Assembly (NCBI GenBank): GCA_963768055.1
Contig: CAVYGN010000001.1
Location: 992,001-1,056,000, forward strand
Length of the DNA stretch: 64,000 nt
Direction of reading: 5' to 3'
DNA from: an uncultured Spirochaetota bacterium
GTDB lineage: Bacteria > Spirochaetota > Brevinematia > Brevinematales > JAOACQ01
The notes beneath the pieces are model-generated. The model saw only the letters and a list, made by a program, of their open reading frames with translations. It did no database searches and was not told the origin of the DNA. The translations under genes were made by a program, and so were the position numbers. Below, piece after piece: positions 23,096-32,339 of the stretch (the first letter of the stretch is position 1; each line of letters begins with the position of its first letter).

Positions 23096-23830
23096 TTAAG
23101 TTTCGTTACGTATAAATTCCAGGGTAGGGCTGTATTTCGAATTTTTAATTTCGTCGGGCGTTCCGCTCTCAATGATCCTGCCCTTCTGCAGTATGCCGAT
23201 CTTATCGGATATGGAAAGGGCAAAATCAATATCGCCTGTCGCCAGTACCATGGTTTTCTTCTGTTTTTTAAAATCGGAGATGATATTTTTTACCCGGTTT
23301 TGATAATGGGTATCGAGATTGGACATAGGGCTGTCCCAGAAAATATATTCAGGTTCATGTGAAATCGCCCTGACTATATTTATAAGCATTTTCTCCCCGG
23401 TGCTCAGAATATTTGGCCTTTGAGAAAGATCATTATCGAATCCTGCATAGTCAAGATATATTTTTATTTTTTCGTAAATCTCTTTTTCGCTTAATTTTGT
23501 ATGATAATTGAAATAAAGGGAAAGGTTTTCATATATGCTCATGTTGCTGATAAGGGCCGAATTCTGAAAAACGAATCCGCAGCTCTTATGATATTCAAGC
23601 ATCTGGTGCTGGGAATATCTCAGTATGTTTTTCCCGTTCACTTCAACTTCTCCCGATGCAACCAGGGAAAGCCCTGCGGCGATCTTAAGCAGCGTAGTTT
23701 TACCGCTCCCTGAAAGTCCGAGGATCACGTAAGACTCTCCCTCGGAGATCCTTTCTGTCAATTTATCGATCACGACTGTCTTATTGTATTTCAATGTTAC
23801 GTCTTTTATATAAATGCTGCCCATAATCAA
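23096..23830 (-). CDS. mlaF: MlaF-like ABC ATP-binding protein with degenerate motifs
   Basis: GLSGSGKTT, GFVFQNSALI, signature LSTGEK, Walker B YIFWDSP, H-loop LATGD. Confidence 0.8.
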   Translation of the reverse strand: MIMGSIYIKDVTLKYNKTVVIDKLTERISEGESYVILGLSGSGKTTLLKIAAGLSLVASGEVEVNGKNILRYSQHQMLEYHKSCGFVFQNSALISNMSIYENLSLYFNYHTKLSEKEIYEKIKIYLDYAGFDNDLSQRPNILSTGEKMLINIVRAISHEPEYIFWDSPMSNLDTHYQNRVKNIISDFKKQKKTMVLATGDIDFALSISDKIGILQKGRIIESGTPDEIKNSKYSPTLEFIRNET

Positions 23831-23831
23831 C

Positions 23832-24623
23832 CTATAAATAAAAAATGACTGTCATAATAATATCTATAAAAAATAACGCAAAAATGGAGCTTACGACCGA
23901 TTTCGTTGTCACCTGCGGGATATCGGTCTGTTCAAAAGCCTGGAACCCATGATAAATCGCAATACCCGAAATAAAAATACCGAAAATGGCGCTTTTCAGG
24001 AGGCTCATCAAAACGTCGAGCAAAGTTATTGAATTGATGATAAAAGTGATATAGGTGTCGAAACTCAAATCACCTATTGCACTCCCTACAAGAAAGCCGC
24101 CTATCAAACTAATAGCGTTAAAATAAACCGTAAGAAGGACCCCGGCTATTGTCATGCCGGCAATTCTGGGGAAAACTATAAATTTCAGCGAATTGATGCC
24201 AAGCATTTCCAGGGCGTTGATCTCATCGTTGACCATCATTGTGCCGATTTCCGCTGCGATTGCGGTAGCCGAACGGCTGAGAATAATAAAAGCCGTAAAA
24301 ATAGGGCCCAATTCCCTGATAATTACTATGTTGAGGATATCCCCGACCTGTTTCAATACCCCGTAATTGCTTAGAATATAATAGGACTGAATGACCGTTA
24401 CTATTCCGAGGGACAGAGCGACAAGGCTTATGATCTTCAGCGCTCCGTTGCCGGTAAAATATATCTGCATGACGATTATCTTGTTGATCCTCGCCCTTCC
24501 CTTGTTATCCGTAAAATAATCTTTAATTGAATAAAAGAGGAGTGCTGCTACCCCGGTGTAGTATTTGACTTTCTGGTTTACGGAGTTAAGAAACCCGTTG
24601 TAGAACCGGCCTATGACATTCAT
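23832..24623 (-). CDS. mlaE: MlaE family ABC permease
   Basis: IIRELGPIFTAFII..RSATAIAAEIGTM..NDEINALEMLGIN, VFPRI. Confidence 0.92.
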   Translation of the reverse strand: MNVIGRFYNGFLNSVNQKVKYYTGVAALLFYSIKDYFTDNKGRARINKIIVMQIYFTGNGALKIISLVALSLGIVTVIQSYYILSNYGVLKQVGDILNIVIIRELGPIFTAFIILSRSATAIAAEIGTMMVNDEINALEMLGINSLKFIVFPRIAGMTIAGVLLTVYFNAISLIGGFLVGSAIGDLSFDTYITFIINSITLLDVLMSLLKSAIFGIFISGIAIYHGFQAFEQTDIPQVTTKSVVSSIFALFFIDIIMTVIFYL

Positions 24624-24634
24624 AGGTTATTTTC

Positions 24635-24937
24635 CTATTTCTTTTCATTGGATTGTATAAGATCATATAAAAAAGAAAAAATCGATCCTGCTATAAAACC
24701 GTCTATTATGGAAAATAATGAAAGGAGTGAAATTGAAAGAATATTGTTCATGAAATTTTTTAAGACCGGCAGAAGGGGGTTGTAAGAAAACCGGAATATA
24801 TTCGCGTAAAAGGATTTTAAAAGATCTATTATAGGGGCGCCGTAGCCGGTTATAGAGTACCAGACGCCGATGATAAATGTTATGCAGAAGGCCAGAACGG
24901 CGCAGGCAATGCCGAATGACCTGATTCCCAGTTTCAT
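24635..24937 (-). CDS. Small hypothetical membrane protein
   Basis: RBS aaggag. Two hydrophobic segments. DGFIAG..F..LY. Confidence 0.7.
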   Translation of the reverse strand: MKLGIRSFGIACAVLAFCITFIIGVWYSITGYGAPIIDLLKSFYANIFRFSYNPLLPVLKNFMNNILSISLLSLFSIIDGFIAGSIFSFLYDLIQSNEKK

Positions 24938-24970
24938 TTAAAGCTCCTTGTTAATTTTTTATAGAAAGCG

Positions 24971-25546
24971 TTATGATGAGCCGGTATTCATCCCCTTTAA
25001 ATAAGCGGAAAGCTTTAACCTTATTTTTACAAGAATATTATCTACTTTTTTGGATGAAATTTCAAGCTCTGATGCGATAGTTTTATAACTCTTATTTTCG
25101 ATATATCTTTCCAGGACTTTTTGTTCCAGTTCATTTAAATTTTTAAGGCCTCTTTTCATAAATTCGGAATACTCGGTTATGATTGTGTCATTTTCGGGGT
25201 TGGAAACGGATACTATCTCATCTATATCCTGGTCTTTATCGATGTTTTTTCTATGCTGCCAGAAAAAATCCAGCGCGTTTTTGATCCTGTTCCTTATGCA
25301 GACGTTTGCATAGGTGGAAAACATGACCCCCCTCGCCTCATCGTATGTTTCGATAGCCTGGAAAAGGCCGATCATCCCTTCCTGTATCAGGTCATCCCTT
25401 TCGATCGGAAATATTTTATATTTATATAGAATGCTTTTGACCTTGCTCTTGTACCGCCTGTAAAATTCGTTTTCAGCGTTTTTATCGTTTTTGATCAATT
25501 TAAAAAGTTCGTCATCGGTGAGAAGACGGTAATAATTTTCACTCAT
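24971..25546 (-). CDS. RNA polymerase sigma-70 family factor, SigH-like
   Basis: DDLIQEGMIGLFQAIETYD...FSTYANVCIRNRI; SYKTIASELEISSKKVDN. Confidence 0.85.
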   Translation of the reverse strand: MSENYYRLLTDDELFKLIKNDKNAENEFYRRYKSKVKSILYKYKIFPIERDDLIQEGMIGLFQAIETYDEARGVMFSTYANVCIRNRIKNALDFFWQHRKNIDKDQDIDEIVSVSNPENDTIITEYSEFMKRGLKNLNELEQKVLERYIENKSYKTIASELEISSKKVDNILVKIRLKLSAYLKGMNTGSS

Positions 25547-25561
25547 TATATCGCCTGTAAA

Positions 25562-25981
25562 TTATTCGCCGATTATTTTGATGAGGACTCTTTTTCTTCT
25601 TCTGCCGTCAAACTCGCCATAAAAAATCTGTTCCCATGGCCCGAAATCGAATTTACCTCCGGTAACGGCGATCACTACTTCCCTGCCCATCACCTGTCTT
25701 TTCAAATGGGCGTCCCCGTTATCCTCACCGGTTCTGTTATGCCTGTAATGATCGAGAGGTTCATGCGGAGCAAGTTTTTCGAGCCAGTCGGCATAATCGG
25801 CATGAAGGCCGCTTTCATTATCGTTAATAAATACGCTCGCCGTAATATGCATTGCATTTACAAGGCATAATCCTTCCTTGATGCCGCTTTCTCTAAGAGC
25901 GATTTCAGCATCATTGGTGATGTTAACGAAAGCCATCCGCTGGGGGATGTTGAAGGCCAGTTCTTTTTTAAATGATTTCAT
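25562..25981 (-). CDS. yjbQ: YjbQ family (secondary thiamine-phosphate synthase) protein
   Basis: [43 protein letters not shown]. Confidence 0.92.
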   Translation of the reverse strand: MKSFKKELAFNIPQRMAFVNITNDAEIALRESGIKEGLCLVNAMHITASVFINDNESGLHADYADWLEKLAPHEPLDHYRHNRTGEDNGDAHLKRQVMGREVVIAVTGGKFDFGPWEQIFYGEFDGRRRKRVLIKIIGE

Positions 25982-26097
25982 GATTAACCCCGTTCATGTT
26001 TCAAAGAATCGGGTTATTAATTATATAACTTAACAATTATAAGGAAAAATCCCGGCAGGCATGCTATAATAATATTGAATTGAAAATTCGAGGCGTC

Positions 26098-26910
26098 ATG
26101 TTCTGGAAAAGATTTTTGTTTTTCATAATATTGATCGGCGGAGGTACGGTACTGTCGTATCTGATCTCTATCGGCATGAGAGAAAATCTGAATAACATTA
26201 ACGATATACAAAACCAGCGCAAGCCTGACGAGGGTTACGTCAGGGTCTTTTCATCGGGGCAGGGCGGGACAAACCTGGGATCGGATGTAATTTACTCTCT
26301 CGATTTGAAATCCCCTATGCTTGAACATTTTTACATTCTTTCGCAATTCGAAGGGGATAAATGGATAAAACTGAAAGGAGATAAAAAGATTATCGGAGTG
26401 AACGGAACCGCGATCGACCTTATTAAAGGCGATTATGCCGTGGCGCAGTCATCGTTTCTTCTCAAGTCCGGCCGTTATATTATAAGCGCTGAAAATCCCT
26501 TCATCAAAGGGGAACTTACCCTTTATGTTTCAAATGAAAAGCCTGACCTGAAAACTTATCGAAGGCTGTTAATGATAGATGAAGGAGACTTGAATAATCC
26601 GCCCGAAGGGTATGAAAACATTTATTCTTCAAATTCAGGTATTCCTGAAAAGACCAATGTGATCATTTATAGTTTCAATGTCGGCAGCACAATAAAAGAG
26701 GCTTTTTCCATATACGGTAAAATTTCAGAGGGGAAATTGTCTGTCCGCCTGAAAGGCGGAAATATCAGGGATTTTGAATTTATAAATGAAAATCATCCTA
26801 TGAGCGATCAATGTTCGCTGTTTCTTGAAAAGGGTTCATACAGCATATGGATCTTTACGGACGGGTTTAAGGGCAGGCTTGCGGTATTCAGGAAAAAGCC
26901 ATCATCTTAA
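26098..26910 (+). CDS. Hypothetical membrane-anchored protein
   Basis: ATG after gagg. N-terminal TM. Extended -10 TGcTATAAT at 26062-26070. Confidence 0.7.
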   Translation: MFWKRFLFFIILIGGGTVLSYLISIGMRENLNNINDIQNQRKPDEGYVRVFSSGQGGTNLGSDVIYSLDLKSPMLEHFYILSQFEGDKWIKLKGDKKIIGVNGTAIDLIKGDYAVAQSSFLLKSGRYIISAENPFIKGELTLYVSNEKPDLKTYRRLLMIDEGDLNNPPEGYENIYSSNSGIPEKTNVIIYSFNVGSTIKEAFSIYGKISEGKLSVRLKGGNIRDFEFINENHPMSDQCSLFLEKGSYSIWIFTDGFKGRLAVFRKKPSS

Positions 26911-28005
26911 AATTTCTTCAAGTTTTTCAATAAAGCGGCTGTTCGCTTCTTCGCTCCCTACGCTTATCCTTACATAATTTCCGGAAAATCCGAATGATAT
27001 CAAAGGCCTTATTGTAATTCCGCTTTCCTCGAGGCGGGAGATTATTTCAGGGCTTTTAGTCCTGAAATCGCAAAATATAAAATTACCGTACGGTTTCAAA
27101 TATTCGAAGCCGAGCCTGTCAAGTTCCTTGCAAAGGTAATTTTTGCCGGCTTCAACGGTTTTAAGCGTACTGGCGAGAAATTCATTGTCTCTTAATGCGG
27201 CTTCGGAGCCTTTAAGTTGAAGCACTCCAAGGTTGAAGGGCATCCTGATCTTTTCAATCTGGAGCGCAATCTCTTTTTTCATAACCGCATATCCCACACG
27301 CAGCCCTGCCAGCCCGTAAGCCTTTGAAAATGTATATACCATCATAAGATTCGGAAATTTTTTTAAGAGCGATATCGAGGAATTCTCAAGCCCGGCGAAA
27401 TGAATATAGGCTTCGTCAAGGAGTACTCCGGTTCCCGGAGGGATTTTCACGAGGAATTTTTCAATTTCATTCCGCTTATAAAAAGTCGAAGTCGGATTGT
27501 CGGGATTGGAGAACATTACCAGTTTCGGCTTCCCGCAAGTTTTTACTGTTTCAGCTATTCCATCCAGGTCTACCTTGAAACCGATGCGCTTAACTTCAAC
27601 CATAACGGCGCCCTTTGAGGCCGAACAGATTTCATACATAGAAAAACTTTTTTCTGCAATTATGACCTCATCGCCTGTACTGATGAATGCAGCTCCGATC
27701 ATATTGATTATTTCATCCGCGGAGTCACCTAAAACGATCTGGCCGGTGTTCAAATTTACTCCTTTCGATTTCCAGAAATCGGCAATAGCTTTCTTTAACC
27801 CTTCGATCATTGAAGCATCGGGATAAAGGTTCACGCCTTTTTTAAGTTCTTCATCCATCGCTTTTATAGCGAGGGGAGAACTTCCGATGGGGTTTTCATT
27901 CGACGACAGTTTATAACGCTTGCCTTTACCTGACTTCGGGTATTTTCCTTCGATGTATGCCGGCAAGTTGAAAATGTCGCTTCTGATCGATTTAAGTATT
28001 TCCAT
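26902..28005 (-). CDS. hisC: Histidinol-phosphate transaminase
   Basis: KLSSNENP, NPDNPT, LLDEAY, TFSKAYGLAGLRVGY. Confidence 0.92.
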   Translation of the reverse strand: MEILKSIRSDIFNLPAYIEGKYPKSGKGKRYKLSSNENPIGSSPLAIKAMDEELKKGVNLYPDASMIEGLKKAIADFWKSKGVNLNTGQIVLGDSADEIINMIGAAFISTGDEVIIAEKSFSMYEICSASKGAVMVEVKRIGFKVDLDGIAETVKTCGKPKLVMFSNPDNPTSTFYKRNEIEKFLVKIPPGTGVLLDEAYIHFAGLENSSISLLKKFPNLMMVYTFSKAYGLAGLRVGYAVMKKEIALQIEKIRMPFNLGVLQLKGSEAALRDNEFLASTLKTVEAGKNYLCKELDRLGFEYLKPYGNFIFCDFRTKSPEIISRLEESGITIRPLISFGFSGNYVRISVGSEEANSRFIEKLEEILR

Positions 28006-28006
28006 A

Positions 28007-29071
28007 TCAAACAACCTTTGAACAAACCCATTTATAGGCCTTTCCGGCGCGAAATCCGCTCATTCCTTTTTTGAAAATAAGGTCGGATGCAAGGAATCTA
28101 TCGGAGAGCGGCTCGCCGGTAAGGTAGGGGACGGCAATACAGTACATGAATGCCCTTTTAGCCGCTTCAACTCCGTATTCCGAATCCTCGACAACCGCGC
28201 AGCCGAGAGGGTCCGTGCCCATACGGCGGGCTGTTTCCAGGAATACATCCGGAGAGGGTTTGCCCCTTTCGACGTTTTCTGCGGATACTATAACACTGAA
28301 ATATTTCCCCAGATCCGTTATTTTGATTATCTCATCGAGAATGCCGGGTGAGGTGCCTGAAGCGATTGCTAGTGAGAAACGGGCTTTTTTAAGCATTTCT
28401 ATGAATTTTATCATTTCAGGAAATACTTTCGTGCCGTTCCTCGCTATTTCGATATAATATTTGTTCTTTTTTTCCACCATCGATTCGATCGAATCTTCAA
28501 TATTATAGATCTTTTTGATGTCCTTCATCATTTCAATATTACCAGTGCCTACATATTTGTTCTTCATTGCAGGTGTAAGGTCGACTCCGTAGGATTTCAA
28601 GAGAAGCCTGTCGGATTCGTAATAATTGCCTTCGCTGTCGATGACCGTTCCGTCGAGGTCGAAAATAACCGCCTTGATCGGATATAAAGGAGCCGGCTTT
28701 ACTCTTTTCGATATCTCGATAATATTTCCTTCGGGATCGCCGGCTTCGGTTTCCAGAAAACCATCGCCGGTAATTCTCGGGGCTTTAACACAATCCAGGC
28801 CTGAATTTTTCAACCTCGAATATTCCTTATTTACATCCCTGACTTCCAGGGCTATGTGATATGTGGTTTTTTTGAAGGCTGAGTTATTAATATTTTCCGG
28901 CCTCTCAAGAAGTTCGATTGTCATGCCGTTTCCGCTCAAAAGGACCGTGCGAAGCCCCGGCTGGCGAACACTGGAATAGCGGTATAATGTTTTAAAGCCG
29001 AAAAATTTCCTGTAGAAAAGCTCCATTTTGAAACTATCGGCGACTTCCATGCCTATATGATTCAGCTTCAT
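28007..29071 (-). CDS. VOC (glyoxalase-like) domain fused to a HAD-IA phosphatase
   Basis: LNHIG, IELLE, YHIAL, DPEGNIIEI; then IFDLDGTVIDSE, GKPSPDVF, VVEDSEYGV. Confidence 0.85.
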   Translation of the reverse strand: MKLNHIGMEVADSFKMELFYRKFFGFKTLYRYSSVRQPGLRTVLLSGNGMTIELLERPENINNSAFKKTTYHIALEVRDVNKEYSRLKNSGLDCVKAPRITGDGFLETEAGDPEGNIIEISKRVKPAPLYPIKAVIFDLDGTVIDSEGNYYESDRLLLKSYGVDLTPAMKNKYVGTGNIEMMKDIKKIYNIEDSIESMVEKKNKYYIEIARNGTKVFPEMIKFIEMLKKARFSLAIASGTSPGILDEIIKITDLGKYFSVIVSAENVERGKPSPDVFLETARRMGTDPLGCAVVEDSEYGVEAAKRAFMYCIAVPYLTGEPLSDRFLASDLIFKKGMSGFRAGKAYKWVCSKVV

Positions 29072-29080
29072 TGTTTAATC

Positions 29081-30544
29081 CTATCCATTGTTGGAAATAG
29101 ACAAGGCCTTGAGGAGGCGCTTCCGCGTTCTTTCTTTGCCTATTACCGGTATTATGTAATATGTCTCCGGTCCCTGGGTCCTTCCGGTTAAAGCCGCACG
29201 AAGCGGGAGAAAGAGGTTTTTGCCCTTGATCCCTGTCTTGGTAATGATGCTTGAAACTATCCCGGTAAACACTTCCTCGCTTATGCTTCGATTTTCCATG
29301 GTTATATTATCGAGAAATGCCTGTATAACCCTCCCCGAATCGGGTTTTTTAAGGATATTGAGGGCGTCGCCGGTTATTTCGAAGTCGTCAGTGAGAAAAT
29401 ATCCGATATGGTTCTTTATCTCCGACATATAAGAGCAATATCCGCGGGTTAGACCTACAACCCCCTTCAGAAAATCAATGTTTTCCCCTTTCTTCAAATA
29501 ATCGTCATCGATAAGGCCGGTTTCTTTTATAAATGGGAGTGACAATTCGAACACAGAATCAATATCGCTGTTTATTATATAATGTTTCGATATCCAGTCC
29601 AGTTTGTCCACGTCGAAAACTGCCGGGCTCGGCGACAGCCTTTCGATATCGAAAAGATCTATAAGTTCGCCCTTTGAGAGTAATTCCCTTCCGTCGGGGC
29701 TTGACCAGCCCAAAAGGGCAAGGTAATTCACAAGCGCCTCGGGGGGATATCCGAGATTCCGGAAATCTCCGACGCTTGCAGCTCCCTGCCTTTTAGACAA
29801 CTTCTGCCTGTCCTTCCCGAGGACCAGCGACATATGGGCGAAAACTGGAATTTCGAAATTGAGCGCCTTGTAAAGCATGAGCTGGCGTACGGTGTTCGAA
29901 AGGTGTTCGTCGGCCCTCAGCACATGTGTTATCTTCATAAGGGCGTCGTCAATTACAACAGCGTAATTATATACGGGCATCCCGCTGGGGCGCATGATTA
30001 CAAAATCCCCGACCATTCCACTCGGAAACGTGACCGGGCCCTTTACCCTGTCCTCGAATTTAAAATCCTCGTCGTATGCTATAAACCTTACGACAGGTTT
30101 ACGGCCGAGAGATTCGTAATCTTTTATCTGTTTTCCGGTCAGCTTTCTGCAATGCCCGTCGTAAACCGGAGGTTTGCCCGCGTCGGCCATGGCTTTCTTG
30201 CGGTTCTCCACTTCTTCGGGCGTGCAGTAGCAGTAAAAAGCCTGCCCCGCTTCGAGGAGCTTATCGGAGTAATCTTTATAAATATTCAGTCTTTCGCTTT
30301 GAAGATAGCTGCCGGCAGGGCCCCCTTTATCCGGCCCCTCGTCCCATTCGATCCCGAGCCATTTCAGGTCGTTCATAAGATTTATCGTATATTCGGGATG
30401 GGAACGGTCCAGATCGGTATCCTCGATCCTCAGGACAAATTTGCCTTTCATATGCTTTGCGTAGAGGTATGCAAAAAGTGCGGTTCTAACGTTGCCCACA
30501 TGAAGCATTCCCGTAGGCGAGGGGGCGAAGCGTGTCCTGACCAT
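29081..30544 (-). CDS. gltX: Glutamate--tRNA ligase
   Basis: VRTRFAPSPTG.LHVG, LRIEDTD, KLSKR. Confidence 0.97.
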   Translation of the reverse strand: MVRTRFAPSPTGMLHVGNVRTALFAYLYAKHMKGKFVLRIEDTDLDRSHPEYTINLMNDLKWLGIEWDEGPDKGGPAGSYLQSERLNIYKDYSDKLLEAGQAFYCYCTPEEVENRKKAMADAGKPPVYDGHCRKLTGKQIKDYESLGRKPVVRFIAYDEDFKFEDRVKGPVTFPSGMVGDFVIMRPSGMPVYNYAVVIDDALMKITHVLRADEHLSNTVRQLMLYKALNFEIPVFAHMSLVLGKDRQKLSKRQGAASVGDFRNLGYPPEALVNYLALLGWSSPDGRELLSKGELIDLFDIERLSPSPAVFDVDKLDWISKHYIINSDIDSVFELSLPFIKETGLIDDDYLKKGENIDFLKGVVGLTRGYCSYMSEIKNHIGYFLTDDFEITGDALNILKKPDSGRVIQAFLDNITMENRSISEEVFTGIVSSIITKTGIKGKNLFLPLRAALTGRTQGPETYYIIPVIGKERTRKRLLKALSISNNG

Positions 30545-30559
30545 CTATCCGGCTCCTTA

Positions 30560-30724
30560 GGGCATTTCTAATAACTTAAGAAAATCACCCTATACTAACA
30601 ATCTGCTATTTAATCTATATGATTGCCCAATGGGGCGTTTATCCCAGGATGGGTTTATCCCCGATAGGGGAGGCTTCCTATCCGAAGGGTTTATGCCCGT
30701 AGGGCCGAAGGATTAGAAGCGCCC
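30560..30724 (+). mobile_element. MITE-like non-autonomous element, copy C
   Basis: TTA on both flanks (30557-59 and 30725-27). TIRs gggcatttctaat / gggcgcttctaat. The first ~60 nt are homologous to copy A. Confidence 0.8.
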
Positions 30725-30787
30725 TTAATTTAAAGGATTATTTTAAAGGAGAGTGCAAATTATATCAAACCTGATGTAGACAAATCT

Positions 30788-30868
30788 TCCGCGAAGCCAT
30801 GCTAAGGCCGTAAACGCTAAGACAGAGGTTCCCATAATCCTTTGCGTTTATTCGTGTGTCTTAGCGGA
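30788..30868. repeat. Long imperfect palindrome (REP-like or terminator) 3' of the HD-GYP gene
   Basis: tccgcgaag pairs with cttagcgga, and taaacgctaag pairs with ctttgcgttta. Confidence 0.55.
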
Positions 30869-30890
30869 TATCCTTGAAGATTTTTAAAGA

Positions 30891-32261
30891 TTACTTCTTT
30901 TTAGTATTTTCCAGGGCTAGGAGGAGTTTCTGGTCTTCGATGATCTTTTCGATGGATCTGGTTTTATCCATCTGGAGATCGACCTGGATTGGATATTTCA
31001 GGGTTTCCATCTTTCCGTTTATATAGATCATAACGACAGGCCTCAGGGTCTGCGAGTAATCGACTTTAATGACCTGGGCGACTTCCTTGGTGTTGAGCAT
31101 AACAAAAGAATCGATGGGGACCAGCGGTTTGCCGTAGAGCCGCTTCGGCATCCGGTTAATAAATTCTACGGCGAACCTGGGATTGAATTTAGTGCCGGAT
31201 AGATTCTGAATTGAAAGAAAAGAACTGGAAACGGGGAACGCCTTTCTGTACGGAGTGTCCGAAGTAAGGGCATCGTAAGTATCTGCGATTGTTATCACCT
31301 GGACGAACTCTCCTATTTTGTCCCTGGCGATATGGAATGGATAACCCATGCCGTCATAGTTCTCATGGTGGTAAAGCAGGCAAGCCTCGACTTCCTTGTC
31401 GAAATTTTTCTGGTTTTGGATGATCTCGTAGCCGAGCTGGGGATGTTTTTGAATCATATCCCATTCTTTTTCTTCAAGGGCTCCTGTTTTATTCAATATC
31501 TCCTTGGGAATAAGTATCTTTCCAAGATCATGCAGAATGGCGCCCATGCCGAGAATTTTCAGTTTGTCATGGCTGTACAGCATCTCTTTTCCGAATAGAA
31601 TGGAAAGCATCGCCACATTTATGCTGTGAGTGTATGTATAATTGTCGAAATCCTTTAATTTCAGCATGTTCAGGATCGTATATGTTTCGCTGATCGAGAT
31701 TTCGCCGATAAGCTGTTCTATGATGTTCTCAATTTCTTTTTTAGGCAGGGGCGTTTTCTTGAGGATGCTGTTTTCTATTTCCTTGGCCAGGAAAAGGGAC
31801 TTTTCAATAAGCTGGTTTGAAACGATGTATTTATCAAGACGATAAAAAGTCGAGGAATATACGGGTTTATTATAGTTGAATTTGTGGATATCCTGGTCTT
31901 CGAGGCTTTTAATGATATCGGCAGTGATCACTTCGCCGCTCCCTACGATTTTCCTGCCGTCGGGAGTGAAGGCGTCCCCCTTTAATGTTACGCCGGGATA
32001 AAGGTCCTTGGTTTCCATGGTGATAAGTTTATAAGATTTCTCGACTTTCATTTCCTCGGGGGTATAAAACAGCACTTCCAGCCTTTCCGACTTGAGCTGC
32101 TCGATGAGGCTCTCGGTTACAGGTTCGTCCTTATTGATCTTTTTGACCCCTCCGCTTGTAAAAGCGTCGGCCTCCAGTATCATTCCCGGAAGAAGGGTTT
32201 CGACATGTATCTCGAGAAGTACCTGGTCGTTATTCGGATTCTCGGAGATATCGGGAACCAT
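30891..32261 (-). CDS. HD-GYP phosphodiesterase with a duplicated N-terminal domain
   Basis: DNYTYTHSINVA, LHDLGK, HHENYDGMGYP, IADTYDALTSDTPYR. Two copies of an LxPG..L..DAFT..G unit. Confidence 0.9.
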   Translation of the reverse strand: MVPDISENPNNDQVLLEIHVETLLPGMILEADAFTSGGVKKINKDEPVTESLIEQLKSERLEVLFYTPEEMKVEKSYKLITMETKDLYPGVTLKGDAFTPDGRKIVGSGEVITADIIKSLEDQDIHKFNYNKPVYSSTFYRLDKYIVSNQLIEKSLFLAKEIENSILKKTPLPKKEIENIIEQLIGEISISETYTILNMLKLKDFDNYTYTHSINVAMLSILFGKEMLYSHDKLKILGMGAILHDLGKILIPKEILNKTGALEEKEWDMIQKHPQLGYEIIQNQKNFDKEVEACLLYHHENYDGMGYPFHIARDKIGEFVQVITIADTYDALTSDTPYRKAFPVSSSFLSIQNLSGTKFNPRFAVEFINRMPKRLYGKPLVPIDSFVMLNTKEVAQVIKVDYSQTLRPVVMIYINGKMETLKYPIQVDLQMDKTRSIEKIIEDQKLLLALENTKKK

Positions 32262-32339
32262 CAGATTAAACGGTCCATTTTAAAACCCCCCTAAAATATT
32301 ATATTATTAAGTTACAAAAAATTCAAATATGGGTCAAGC

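Noticed and set aside
29834..30571. Long antisense ORFs (29834..30571, 53415..54149, 22248..22808, 48404..48934 and others)
   Set aside because: Shadows of well-supported genes on the opposite strand, with no motifs or RBS.
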